64,000 bases of DNA, taken from positions 1 through 64,000 of the IMG/VR virus record IMGVR_UViG_3300007214_000060; one strand, 5' to 3'. The position numbers and the translations under genes are program-made. The DNA is from a virus. The notes beneath the pieces were generated by a model that did not search any database, was not told the origin of the DNA, and saw nothing but the letters and a program-made list of their open reading frames with translations. The number at the start of each line of letters is the position of its first letter. Position 1 is the first letter of the stretch. Positions 1 through 9,301 of the stretch are shown here, one piece after another.

Positions 1-816
1 AATAGAACCTATCAGGTTTTGCCGGATCATATTAACTACAAGATGATTCTTGAGGCGTTGCCAACAGCGACCGCTGATGAACTTCTTGATATTGTTGATG
101 TGGAAAAGGCTGTGGCTACTTTTAGTGATGGTCTTGTTGAGATTAAGAATGGTCAAGTCACCTACGAGGGTGAGGTTGTTCATGGTAGTATCAGCAAGCG
201 TATTCTTGAGTTTATGAGCAAGGGTCTGCCTTTTCAGCCTCTTGTTAATTTCCTTAATAATTTGATGGAGAATCCTAGTATGCAGAGTCAAAAGGAACTC
301 TATGATTTCCTTGAACATGAGCATCTGCCTATTACTGAGGATGGTCACTTCTTGGCTTATAAGGCTGTTAGGAATGACTACATGGATAAGTATCGTGGAA
401 CATTTGATAATAGGGTTGGCAAGATTTGCAAGATGCAAAGAGCCAAGGTTGATGATGATCGTGCTAGGGGTTGTTCTAATGGGCTTCATGCTGGTGCATT
501 GAATTATGTTGCTGGTTACGGGTCTGTGGAAAGTGGTGATCGTATCGTGATCGTCAAGATTAATCCGCGTGATGTTGTTAGCGTTCCTAGTGATTGTAAC
601 TATGAGAAACTTCGCACTTGCCAATATGAAGTTGTTGGAGAGTATCAAGGCGAACTTCTCAAGCCTCTTTATTCGGCTAACTTTTCTGAGGACGAGTATG
701 CTGATTATGAGGATGAGGACGATTATGATCTCGACAATGATTACTGGGATCAGTTTGATGATGACGAGGATGATTACGAGGACGAGGATGATTACGACAA
801 CTCGTACCCTGGCTGA
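1..816 (+). CDS. rIIB: rIIB-like protein (5'-truncated; frame open from base 1), acidic C-terminal tail
   Basis: Motifs LPITEDGHFLAYKAVRNDY, M-x-R-x-x-VDDD, CSNGLH and IVIVKINPRDVVSVPSD..KLRTCQYEV typical of T4 rIIB homologs. Confidence 0.85.
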   Translation, partial: NRTYQVLPDHINYKMILEALPTATADELLDIVDVEKAVATFSDGLVEIKNGQVTYEGEVVHGSISKRILEFMSKGLPFQPLVNFLNNLMENPSMQSQKELYDFLEHEHLPITEDGHFLAYKAVRNDYMDKYRGTFDNRVGKICKMQRAKVDDDRARGCSNGLHAGALNYVAGYGSVESGDRIVIVKINPRDVVSVPSDCNYEKLRTCQYEVVGEYQGELLKPLYSANFSEDEYADYEDEDDYDLDNDYWDQFDDDEDDYEDEDDYDNSYPG

Positions 817-824
817 TTAAGGTT

Positions 825-890
825 AAAGGAATAGTCTGGGGACTGGACTAGTTAGTGCTAAGTCTTAGGGTTCGATTCCCTAATTCCTTT
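825..890 (+). ncRNA. tRNA-like four-way-junction element (not a canonical tRNA)
   Basis: AAAGGAAT(825-832)/ATTCCTTT(883-890) closing stem; T-arm TAGGG-TTCGATT-CCCTA (866-882); hairpins AGTC/GACT and GGACT/AGTCT. Confidence 0.55.
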
Positions 891-957
891 TATATTGCTA
901 ATGACGGTAGAGGTTGCTGTCCCAATATACATTTTTATTTACAGGAAATGGTGAAGT

Positions 958-2115
958 ATGTTTAGTGATAATATTGGTTTTAATCCTTTTGACAAGAATA
1001 ATAATGTTCATGCTGGCGGTAATGCTCACAATAGGGGCAGGTTTTTGAATTCATTTAATCAGAACCATATTTATGCTTATAATGGCGATCCTCGAAAGAA
1101 GATCAGCAGTATGAATCATACAGGATTTTTGGACGATGCTCTTACTGCTAACGTAGAAAAAAATTCCGATGTTTACTTCTACATCAATGGTGGTCGCAAA
1201 ATGTACGCGATCAATGAGTTCTCTTGTTGCTTCTGCGATATGGATGCTGGTCGAGACAACGAAGGCAAGTATTTTAAGCCCAGCGTTGTAATGCAGAAGA
1301 AGAAGCAGTTTCTTGATAAGATCAATAACTTTCCGGTTGCTCCTAGTTGGGTAGTTGATACTCGTAACGGATATCAGTGCTACTGGATTTTTGATGATCA
1401 TTCCCGCAAACTTGTTGGCAAAAATAAGACATACTGGAATGGTCTACAAAAGAAACTAGTAAATTACTTCGGTGGCGATCCAAGAGCGATCAAGGCCAAT
1501 CAGATTTATCGTGTTCCTTATACTTGGTGGCGTAAGTGCTGGGAGAAGAAGGCTCCTTATTTTACCAGTATTCTTCCTGGCTCAACTGGTCAAAAGATTC
1601 AGGTTGAACAATTACAGTCCGCTCTTACTGGTCAGACCACAAATATTGTGATTGATCCGGCGAAATGCAGCGACGAATGGTACAAGGGTTATGCTAAGGC
1701 TTATAAGAGAGCCGACGAGAATGGTTTACCAGTGCCAGTTGATGTTGCTCAACAGATTCTTGCTGAATTAACAAATTCTGGTAGAAATAAGTTTACTAAT
1801 CAAGTTCTTGATATGCCAATGAATAACGCCTGTTCTTCAGTCAAGAATGTTTATAACAATGATGATGAGGATACTCTGGACGATGAGTATGTTGGCCGAA
1901 ATAAGGCTTACGGAGAACCGCAGCCGGTTGAGCCAGTTTCATGCGACGGGAAGGGCTGTTTAAACCTGACCCACCAGCAGACCAAACTTTTAAAAACGGT
2001 CGTGGAGTACCTCAATCAAGCGTCCACAGCGTTGTATTTCAGCAACAACCGATTCCTGAGTAGTGCGGCAAAAGACCTTGCTGCTCAACTTGGTGATCAA
2101 TTTTGTGTGGGGTGA
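958..2115 (+). CDS. RepB'-like (AEP superfamily) DNA primase
   Basis: CFCDMD, PSWVVDTRNGYQCYW and GGDP...QIYRVP motifs resemble the RepB' primase N-terminal domain. Confidence 0.65.
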   Translation: MFSDNIGFNPFDKNNNVHAGGNAHNRGRFLNSFNQNHIYAYNGDPRKKISSMNHTGFLDDALTANVEKNSDVYFYINGGRKMYAINEFSCCFCDMDAGRDNEGKYFKPSVVMQKKKQFLDKINNFPVAPSWVVDTRNGYQCYWIFDDHSRKLVGKNKTYWNGLQKKLVNYFGGDPRAIKANQIYRVPYTWWRKCWEKKAPYFTSILPGSTGQKIQVEQLQSALTGQTTNIVIDPAKCSDEWYKGYAKAYKRADENGLPVPVDVAQQILAELTNSGRNKFTNQVLDMPMNNACSSVKNVYNNDDEDTLDDEYVGRNKAYGEPQPVEPVSCDGKGCLNLTHQQTKLLKTVVEYLNQASTALYFSNNRFLSSAAKDLAAQLGDQFCVG

Positions 2116-2118
2116 AAT

Positions 2119-2547
2119 GTGCATGATCCATATGATGAGGATGATGGATATGATGATGATCATTATGATTATGACAATAACGATCAATACGATCCATATA
2201 AGTTCTATTTTACATTCAATTTAGATCAAAATACTCCTTTATCAGACTGGATCACTAAAATGATTAATGATATGATTCAAAATCCAGAGATCAATGATTA
2301 TAAAATCACTAATATACCTGGATTTCCATCGTATGTGTTTCCTGTGAATAGTTGGAATCCCAATACTGCTGGAAAAAATACTCCACAGTATTTGGGATCC
2401 AATTACTACAAGGAGCCGGTTTGGAAAAGCAAATATTTTGCTTACAACCCATTTGATGTAGAGTACAAATTTCATCTTCAATCAAACGCCGCACACTTTT
2501 TGCAACAACCAAAATATTATAAAGGATTATTTGAAATCTTAAATTAG
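2119..2547 (+). CDS. hypothetical protein with acidic D/Y-rich N-terminus
   Basis: ORF tightly packed after primase; GTG start. Confidence 0.6.
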   Translation: MHDPYDEDDGYDDDHYDYDNNDQYDPYKFYFTFNLDQNTPLSDWITKMINDMIQNPEINDYKITNIPGFPSYVFPVNSWNPNTAGKNTPQYLGSNYYKEPVWKSKYFAYNPFDVEYKFHLQSNAAHFLQQPKYYKGLFEILN

Positions 2548-2555
2548 GGATTTTT

Positions 2556-2987
2556 ATGTCAAAATCAGAGTGGTTTGTTGTTCCAAATATAGATGAATTT
2601 GCCCTTAAAGCTAGATCAATAGTCTATGCCAACTTTGGGTCATGGGAAAATAATGACAACTACAATATTCTTATAGATAGTCTAGAAGAAAAAGATCAAG
2701 AGGAATTAGATAAAATACTTTCTCAGCAGGAATCACTGGTAATAATAATAGAAAATCTTAGAAAAGAAAAAAATAAACGAACAAATAAAACTAGGTATGT
2801 TCTCAATGATCAAATTTTTGCAGACATTATAGCTAAATTGAATGAAAGAATGGTTAGTAATATTATAAGTAATTTAGTCCAAAAAGGTTTGGTCGAAACA
2901 GCATTTGATAGTGAAGCAAACGACTTTGTTTTTTGGGTAAAAGAAAATGAATCAAATATTGAAAAAGAAAAACCTGAAACCGATTGA
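2556..2987 (+). CDS. hypothetical protein
   Basis: ORF in operon, preceded by GGGA. Confidence 0.6.
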   Translation: MSKSEWFVVPNIDEFALKARSIVYANFGSWENNDNYNILIDSLEEKDQEELDKILSQQESLVIIIENLRKEKNKRTNKTRYVLNDQIFADIIAKLNERMVSNIISNLVQKGLVETAFDSEANDFVFWVKENESNIEKEKPETD

Positions 2988-3426
2988 GTCTGATGTAAAC
3001 TTCAAGTATAGATGCCCAAAACCAGAGTGCGGTTACTATCATTGGCTTTCACTAAAAGAAGCTCAAACAAAAAATTTTAAGATAGTCTGCGACTGCGGAA
3101 CGGTATTTAAGCCGAAACAAATATCAATAATAAATATTGTATACGCAGAAGACGATAGTACAAAAAAAGATTTACCAAAACAATCTGACTCACAAAAACT
3201 AGAGAATAACAATGCAGACAATTCTGATATATTAACTATCTCAACTAATATTCCCAGTATGCCAGAGCAACTAAATAATAAGTGTGTCAAACTATTAGTA
3301 GAATATGGATTTACAGAACAAGAATCAAAAAAAATTGCGCAAAATGCTTATAAAAAACTGCAAATAAACGATCCAGTATGCTTGGTAAGACAAATTATGC
3401 AAAAATTGGAGGAATATGATGAATAG
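2947..3426 (+). CDS. Zn-ribbon protein with C-terminal RuvA domain III-like helical domain
   Basis: CPKPEC...CDCG N-terminus, low-complexity linker, C-terminal KLLVEYGFTEQESKKIAQ...LVRQIMQKL; overlaps ruvB start. Confidence 0.6.
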   Translation: MNQILKKKNLKPIESDVNFKYRCPKPECGYYHWLSLKEAQTKNFKIVCDCGTVFKPKQISIINIVYAEDDSTKKDLPKQSDSQKLENNNADNSDILTISTNIPSMPEQLNNKCVKLLVEYGFTEQESKKIAQNAYKKLQINDPVCLVRQIMQKLEEYDE

Positions 3427-4312
3427 TCTAAAGAGGCCGATATCTTTCGAAGAAATTATAGGACAGAAAAACGTTGTTGACAGGCTAAGAATATCCACAG
3501 TAGCATGTAAAAAAACCAACGGAGTTTTACCGCATGTTTTAATAGACGGCCCTCCCGGACTTGGTAAAACAACTATTGCTGGGGCAATAGCGAACGAAAT
3601 GGAGGTTAATCTTTATACGGTTAACGCCGCTAATCTAAGGAGTGTAAAAAATATTATCCCGTATCTATTAAGAATGACGCACAGAGCGGTATTTTTTATA
3701 GATGAAATACACAGGCTCTCTAAATTAGTAGAAGAATTTCTTTATCCAGTAATGGAGGATTTTAAGATAAATATTATTCTTGATAAAGAACCAGAAGAAA
3801 TAGATATACCAATGTTTACCCTTGTTGGAGCAACAACGAGTGGAGGTAGTCTTAGTCAACCGTTCTATGATCGTTTTCAAATTAAGGAACATTTATCGTT
3901 CTACTCAGATAATGAACTAGCCAAACTAGCCGGATTGAATGCCACTAAATTAGGATTAGTCATAGCGGATTCAGACCTTTTAGAAATAGCAAAAAGGAGC
4001 AAGGGGACTCCAAGAATATTGAACGCTAGACTACAATGGTATAGTAATTATATTTCTTGTCATCCAAAAGGATCTTATTCTGTTGATGATATTTTTAATG
4101 TTCAGGGAATAGATAGTCTAGGTTTGGATCTATATGATAGAATGTATTTGGATATTCTTAAAAATAATAAAGGAAATCCACTAGGTCTTAAGTCAATATC
4201 TTCGTTAACCGGAATAGCAATTGAAACAATAGAAAATAGCATAGAACCATATCTAGTTAGAAAAGAATTTGTTGTTAGAACCCAAAAAGGAAGAGTTTTA
4301 GGTAAAATATGA
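3416..4312 (+). CDS. ruvB: Holliday junction branch migration ATPase RuvB
   Basis: RP..F.E.IGQ, HVLIDGPPGLGKTT, FIDEIHRL, EEFLYPVMEDF, FTLVGATT, GTPRI, IEPYL, RTQKGR. Confidence 0.95.
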   Translation: MMNSLKRPISFEEIIGQKNVVDRLRISTVACKKTNGVLPHVLIDGPPGLGKTTIAGAIANEMEVNLYTVNAANLRSVKNIIPYLLRMTHRAVFFIDEIHRLSKLVEEFLYPVMEDFKINIILDKEPEEIDIPMFTLVGATTSGGSLSQPFYDRFQIKEHLSFYSDNELAKLAGLNATKLGLVIADSDLLEIAKRSKGTPRILNARLQWYSNYISCHPKGSYSVDDIFNVQGIDSLGLDLYDRMYLDILKNNKGNPLGLKSISSLTGIAIETIENSIEPYLVRKEFVVRTQKGRVLGKI

Positions 4313-5067
4313 TAACTGTTCCAAACGAGACTATCGCAGCCATAGCCTATAATCCATTTTGGCAATCTGAAGATAATATAAATAAGATTTTTTGTTCTCT
4401 TAAATATAAAAACTCTAGAGATTGGTTCACCAATCATGCTTATCATTGTCTTCCTTTAGTTATTGGTAACCAATATGGTTTTGTTGTTAAGTCTATTTAC
4501 GATTTTGAGGTAGAGTGGAACGGTGGAGATTCAGTAGATGATGTGAAAGTAAAAATTCTTAGTGACCAAGATACTTATACAAAAAATCATAATCTACAAA
4601 ATATAAATTCCCATTTCGGTATGGGTGTTGTTACTGTTCAGACAGCATTCTCGTTGAGAACTCCGCCAGGAATTAACCTGATTACGATCAATCCACCAAA
4701 TTATTTTATTGACGGATTATATCACATGACTGGTGTTGTGGAAACTGATAATCTACGAAGGGATTTCACATATAATCTAAAATTAACTAGACCAAATTAT
4801 AAAGTTACTGTAAAAACTGGAGATTATATAGGATGCTTTATACCGTATCCAAGACATTTTATTGATAAATTTGAAATAGTAGATAGCAAACAAATTTTTA
4901 ATGAAAAAGAAATATCAGAGGAAATGCAGTGCATGATAGATTTTGCCAAGGAAAGATCGGAGTATGATAAAAGTAAACCAAACCATAATGGCAAGAGGTA
5001 TTGGCGTGGCGAAGATATTTATGGAAATAAATTTTCTGATCATCAAATATCTCTAGATAAAAAATGA
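4309..5067 (+). CDS. DUF6065-like protein
   Basis: HAYHCLPLVIGNQYGF, SHFGMG, GVVETD..FTYNLKLTRP motifs. Confidence 0.65.
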   Translation: MITVPNETIAAIAYNPFWQSEDNINKIFCSLKYKNSRDWFTNHAYHCLPLVIGNQYGFVVKSIYDFEVEWNGGDSVDDVKVKILSDQDTYTKNHNLQNINSHFGMGVVTVQTAFSLRTPPGINLITINPPNYFIDGLYHMTGVVETDNLRRDFTYNLKLTRPNYKVTVKTGDYIGCFIPYPRHFIDKFEIVDSKQIFNEKEISEEMQCMIDFAKERSEYDKSKPNHNGKRYWRGEDIYGNKFSDHQISLDKK

Positions 5068-5846
5068 AAGTCGCACTCTGTTTATCTGGACAAACTAGAA
5101 ATTTTCAAAAATGTTTTGATAGCCAGAAAAAATATATACTATCAGTATTAAACCCAGATATTTTTATTCACACATGGTCTTACAGAGGTACTTCGAAACT
5201 TCTTCCGTGTCATTGTAAAGAATACAACATATTAGATTTTCAAACGCATCTAATACCAGAAAACAGAACTCATGCTCAAAATTTATTAGAGTATTATGAT
5301 CCTAAATTTTGTCTTATCGAATATCCTGATCATAAGTTTTTTTTAGATAAAATAAGTAGCTCAAAAACTCAGAACGCAAAATATTGGTTTAATGGATTGA
5401 TGATGTATTATAGCATATATATGAGTAATTCTTTAAAAAAACAATATGAAACATTCGCTAATTTTACTTATGATCTAGTTATTAGATGCAGAATGGATCT
5501 ATGCTTTGAGGACGCAAATTTCGGAGACACAGTAAAAGACGCCATAGAAAACAACACAATATATCTTGCGCCAAATGAAAATATAGACAGACCCTTCAAC
5601 CAACAAATGAAAAAAGAACTAAATCATAAAGGTATTTCATATATGCCAAATGATCAGTTCGCATACGGTAGTTCGGAAGCTATGGACTATTATAGTAGCG
5701 TATATACAAAATTTGCAGATAATATCGATTATGCTCCCCACCACGGAGAAGCAACACTGTCTGTACATTTATGGAAAAAAAATTATTCTAAATTTAAAAT
5801 AATCAAGACTAATCCAGATATTAAAATGAAAATAAATTCTTGGTAA
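5064..5846 (+). CDS. putative glycosyltransferase-like protein
   Basis: MKVALCLSGQTR, FIHTW, YDLVIRCRMD, NDQFAYGS..AMDYY motifs common in phage glycan loci. Confidence 0.6.
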   Translation: MKVALCLSGQTRNFQKCFDSQKKYILSVLNPDIFIHTWSYRGTSKLLPCHCKEYNILDFQTHLIPENRTHAQNLLEYYDPKFCLIEYPDHKFFLDKISSSKTQNAKYWFNGLMMYYSIYMSNSLKKQYETFANFTYDLVIRCRMDLCFEDANFGDTVKDAIENNTIYLAPNENIDRPFNQQMKKELNHKGISYMPNDQFAYGSSEAMDYYSSVYTKFADNIDYAPHHGEATLSVHLWKKNYSKFKIIKTNPDIKMKINSW

Positions 5847-5876
5847 TAAGTTATAAAATAAAACCACAATCAGCAT

Positions 5877-6266
5877 ATGGTCAGACTATCAATGAAAAAT
5901 AAAATGATAAAAAATCTTATTGTAGCAATAATACTTTTAATAACAAACTATGTCTATGCCGCCCCGTCTATCGTGGCAAATAACTACGCAGATGCGACTG
6001 CTTTATCGAAAGAAATAGATTTACCAATATTGGTAATTTTTTCTTCTGCTGATTGTAGATTTTGTGATCTTCTAAAAAATAATATGCCAGTAACGGAAGA
6101 TTTAATTATTTGTTTTGTTGACTATAATAATAACAAATCATTAGTTAAAAAATATGGAGTTTCTCTTATTCCAGATTCTTTACTAATAGATAGCAAAGGT
6201 AAAATTGTAAAAAGATTAAAAGGATTTAAAGATAAAAAAACATATACTGATTGGCTAAATCAATGA
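5877..6266 (+). CDS. secreted thioredoxin-fold protein
   Basis: Signal peptide, CRFC motif, YGVSLIP cis-Pro motif. Confidence 0.75.
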   Translation: MVRLSMKNKMIKNLIVAIILLITNYVYAAPSIVANNYADATALSKEIDLPILVIFSSADCRFCDLLKNNMPVTEDLIICFVDYNNNKSLVKKYGVSLIPDSLLIDSKGKIVKRLKGFKDKKTYTDWLNQ

Positions 6267-6571
6267 AATTTTTTGGCATAGAATTATTTGGAACACGATC
6301 ATCTGGTTGGACAAAATTAAGAAAACAATATCTATCAAAATTTCCAAAGTGTGCTGCTTGTGGACGATCCAGCAAAGTGGAAGTCCATCATATAATTCCA
6401 GTTCATGTAGACTCTGACAAAGAACTGGATCCAGACAATCTAATCACACTATGCGATGATCCCTGTCATCTACTGTTTGGTCATTTAATGCATTATAAAA
6501 GTTGGAATGAAAATGTTGTACAAGACTGTGCGATGTTTTATAATAAAATATTAAATAGACCTTACAAATAA
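6251..6571 (+). CDS. HNH endonuclease
   Basis: CAACG, VEVHHIIP, NLITLC..CH. Confidence 0.85.
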   Translation: MAKSMKFFGIELFGTRSSGWTKLRKQYLSKFPKCAACGRSSKVEVHHIIPVHVDSDKELDPDNLITLCDDPCHLLFGHLMHYKSWNENVVQDCAMFYNKILNRPYK

Positions 6572-7174
6572 TTACTTATACCAAGTAATAAACCTGTGAT
6601 CCGCCACAGTTCGCTCAAGCCAATCTTTATTTTGTGGAATATCATGGTATCTATTATGGTTAAAAAACTTTAGATCATCAAAATACTTATTGTTCGAATC
6701 ATTGTAAAAATCAAAACCATAAATATCCACACTACTAGCTTTGGATCTAATAATATGATTTAAAGCCGCATTTCCAGAAAGAGGTCTCGTCGCTTTCGAA
6801 GTTTTATTCCCTAGTCTTAAAGATCTAACTATATTTGATGAATATATAAATTTATTTTTTAAATTATAAAATTTTAACATATCATATAAATATTGTTTTT
6901 TTTCTACGCTTAAATACCAAGGATTAAACACAATTAATTTAAAATCTATTTTATTTGACAAGAAAAGTAGTAGTTTAGACAAATCTTCCCAGTCGCATGT
7001 ACTTAAGTTGTAATATAAAATATGTATTTTATCTTTTAAGTATGTTTTATATATTCTATTTATACCTACAACTAAATCATATGATTGATATTGTATATCA
7101 TAATTTTTAATTGATGGACCGTTACCCAATAAACAAACTTTTTTATTGAGATAAATATTATTAGATACTATCAT
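6572..7174 (-). CDS. GT29-like sialyltransferase
   Basis: VCLLGNGPS...YDLVVGIN (sialylmotif L-like), PLSG...VDIYGFDFY (S-like), C-terminal His. Confidence 0.6.
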   Translation of the reverse strand: MIVSNNIYLNKKVCLLGNGPSIKNYDIQYQSYDLVVGINRIYKTYLKDKIHILYYNLSTCDWEDLSKLLLFLSNKIDFKLIVFNPWYLSVEKKQYLYDMLKFYNLKNKFIYSSNIVRSLRLGNKTSKATRPLSGNAALNHIIRSKASSVDIYGFDFYNDSNNKYFDDLKFFNHNRYHDIPQNKDWLERTVADHRFITWYK

Positions 7175-7466
7175 TGATTATATCCGTTAAACTAGAAATT
7201 GCTTTGTCGTCTATAAATATATCATAAATAGGCTTTCCAAATCTAAGCTCATGGTATTTTACGCCCCACTCATCAAATTGAGATATGGTTATATCCCGCC
7301 AGTCTATACCTGTTCCAGAGCCACGAGCTGTCCAATATACGATGGTATTTCCTTTATCAAATAATGAATTTGCAATTTTTATATTATCTTTTATAGGAGT
7401 AGCTTTGGAATAGTCTTGATCAAGATTATAACAAATTGTATTATCTATGTCAATAAATATAATCAT
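7161..7466 (-). CDS. small HAD-family phosphatase (capsule biosynthesis type)
   Basis: FIDIDNTIC, YWTARG, GKP..IDDKA. Confidence 0.8.
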   Translation of the reverse strand: MIIFIDIDNTICYNLDQDYSKATPIKDNIKIANSLFDKGNTIVYWTARGSGTGIDWRDITISQFDEWGVKYHELRFGKPIYDIFIDDKAISSLTDIINDSI

Positions 7467-8124
7467 TATTTAACCTTAATTTTAGTAAATGCTCTACAAT
7501 TATCCAGTCACTTGGTTCATCTATTTCATAGAAACTTTCTTCCGAGCATTCTACGATGCCAATTTTACCAGATATTCTGCATTGAGAACTCAATATGTCG
7601 CGCACCCTACTAATGTAAAAAGCTCCGTTCTCCACAAAATATCCTTCCCAGTCTTGGCGTCGTGGTCGTTGATTTATGTTATAAGAAGGAACCCCAGACT
7701 TATCCCAAAGGAATCTTTTTTGCCTAACAACACTTAAAACAGAGTCAAAGTTACCACTCTCTATGAGGTCTATGCCGCTACTTATTTCTAATGCCGTTAG
7801 CATAGGAGATGTTGCTTGAATAAAAATAATAATATCTTCTGGATTAACAATATTGGATTTACAAAATTCTATTAGCGCTAATTCTGATGAAGCAATATCG
7901 GTAGCGGTTGTGTCGGATCTCCAAAATATTTCACATTTTTTTACGGTGTCTGATATTCTCTCAGAGTCAGTCGAAACTACAACTCTATCTATTTTATTAC
8001 AATTATTTGCTGCGTCTATAACCCATTGAGCTAACGGTTTTCCACAAATTACTTTTATATTTTTAAGAGGTATTGACTTTGAACCACCTCTTAATGGTAT
8101 GAATGCTGTAATCATAATTGTCAA
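7450..8124 (-). CDS. neuA: CMP-nonulosonic acid (acylneuraminate) cytidylyltransferase
   Basis: IPLRGGSKSIPLKNI..GKPL, VSTDS, QATSP, ENGAFY, EID...DW. Confidence 0.92.
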   Translation of the reverse strand: MTIMITAFIPLRGGSKSIPLKNIKVICGKPLAQWVIDAANNCNKIDRVVVSTDSERISDTVKKCEIFWRSDTTATDIASSELALIEFCKSNIVNPEDIIIFIQATSPMLTALEISSGIDLIESGNFDSVLSVVRQKRFLWDKSGVPSYNINQRPRRQDWEGYFVENGAFYISRVRDILSSQCRISGKIGIVECSEESFYEIDEPSDWIIVEHLLKLRLNNDYIY

Positions 8125-8702
8125 TCCTTATGCCATATAATTTTATCTAAATATTTTTGTTGTAAATTTATAAAAAACTCTTTATTAGATGATATATCAT
8201 GCAGCGCACTATGATTATATTTTTGTAAATTATTTACATAGTTTTTTGTGTAAAAATCAAAACCATAAACATCAACAGACTCAGCATCAGATAACATAAT
8301 GTGATTAAGAGCAGCAACACCCGTAAGCGGTCTTTTGTTGATTTTCACACCTCTCACTATATTTCTACAATATATAAATTTTTTTGTATCACAAAAGCCC
8401 TGTTGTTGCACAATATATTCTATATTTTTAGTTCTTGTTTTTGACCAAGGACATGCGATTAGTAGCTGAAATATTGGTGTCAATTTTAATTTATTTACCA
8501 TCCCGTAGACATTATGCCAGTCAACCCGACTTAAAGATGTATATAATACATTAATGCTATTTATATAATTAGTTTGATAAATTCTATTTATACCAACAGT
8601 AACATCATATTTGTTAAAATCTATATTTTTACTCTCTAACGATGATCCGTTTCCAATTAAACAAATTTTTTTATCTTTATATAAGTCTGGTAATAAAATC
8701 AT
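8121..8702 (-). CDS. GT29-like sialyltransferase (paralog of 6572-7174)
   Basis: ICLIGNGSS...YDVTVGINRIY, RPLTGVAAL...VDVYGFDFY, HDISSN. Confidence 0.6.
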   Translation of the reverse strand: MILLPDLYKDKKICLIGNGSSLESKNIDFNKYDVTVGINRIYQTNYINSINVLYTSLSRVDWHNVYGMVNKLKLTPIFQLLIACPWSKTRTKNIEYIVQQQGFCDTKKFIYCRNIVRGVKINKRPLTGVAALNHIMLSDAESVDVYGFDFYTKNYVNNLQKYNHSALHDISSNKEFFINLQQKYLDKIIWHKD

Positions 8703-9285
8703 TGTGTATTAATTTTCTAATAATATCTGTTTCAATTCTTACAGCATGTTTTGTATTAAAATTTTTAGCTTTAGAATAATAATGTGGCATATATCTTCTA
8801 TTTTTTATTTTTTTAACAATTCTATCAAATCCGTATATAAATATTTTGTAATCTTTGTATTTATTTAAACAGTAAAAAATAGCCATTAGTCCTAGTGTTG
8901 GATTTTGTATCCTATTCGGCATAGTTATTATTTTATTTTCTTTTGATGCTTGTCTATAAATTTTTTTATAATATATGATATTATCAATATTGTGGTTATT
9001 GGACAGTAAAACTTGGTGTACTGGTTTATTTTTTCTTGTTCTTTTCACAATAAATTTAGTTGTATCATTATATATTTTAGGATATTTTTGAAAATGAGAC
9101 ACGCTAGCTTTGGTGTTGTTAGAGAAAATAATATCTGTTTTTGTTCCAGCATACTCATCATATATACCAAGACCGTTTTGGTATCCATTGAATCTAACAA
9201 CGATATCAAAAGCATCTATAGTATCACCAACTTTATTATCTAAAACGGTTTGACCACTACCTACTATAATTAATTTTTTATTCAT
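8677..9285 (-). CDS. GT29-like sialyltransferase
   Basis: IIVGSG...GDTIDAFDIVVRFN...GTKT (motif L), PTLGLMA...IYGFD (motif S), HYY, H-x4-E (VS). Confidence 0.75.
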   Translation of the reverse strand: MNKKLIIVGSGQTVLDNKVGDTIDAFDIVVRFNGYQNGLGIYDEYAGTKTDIIFSNNTKASVSHFQKYPKIYNDTTKFIVKRTRKNKPVHQVLLSNNHNIDNIIYYKKIYRQASKENKIITMPNRIQNPTLGLMAIFYCLNKYKDYKIFIYGFDRIVKKIKNRRYMPHYYSKAKNFNTKHAVRIETDIIRKLIHNDFITRLI

Positions 9286-9301
9286 TTTATTATTGCGCTA
9301 A

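Noticed and set aside
825-890. Functional canonical tRNA
   Set aside because: Too short, no proper D-loop or 7-nt anticodon loop, no CCA; kept only as a tRNA-like element
896-925. Fluoride riboswitch-like GCTAATGAC segment
   Set aside because: The conserved 5' half is absent and the downstream gene is unrelated
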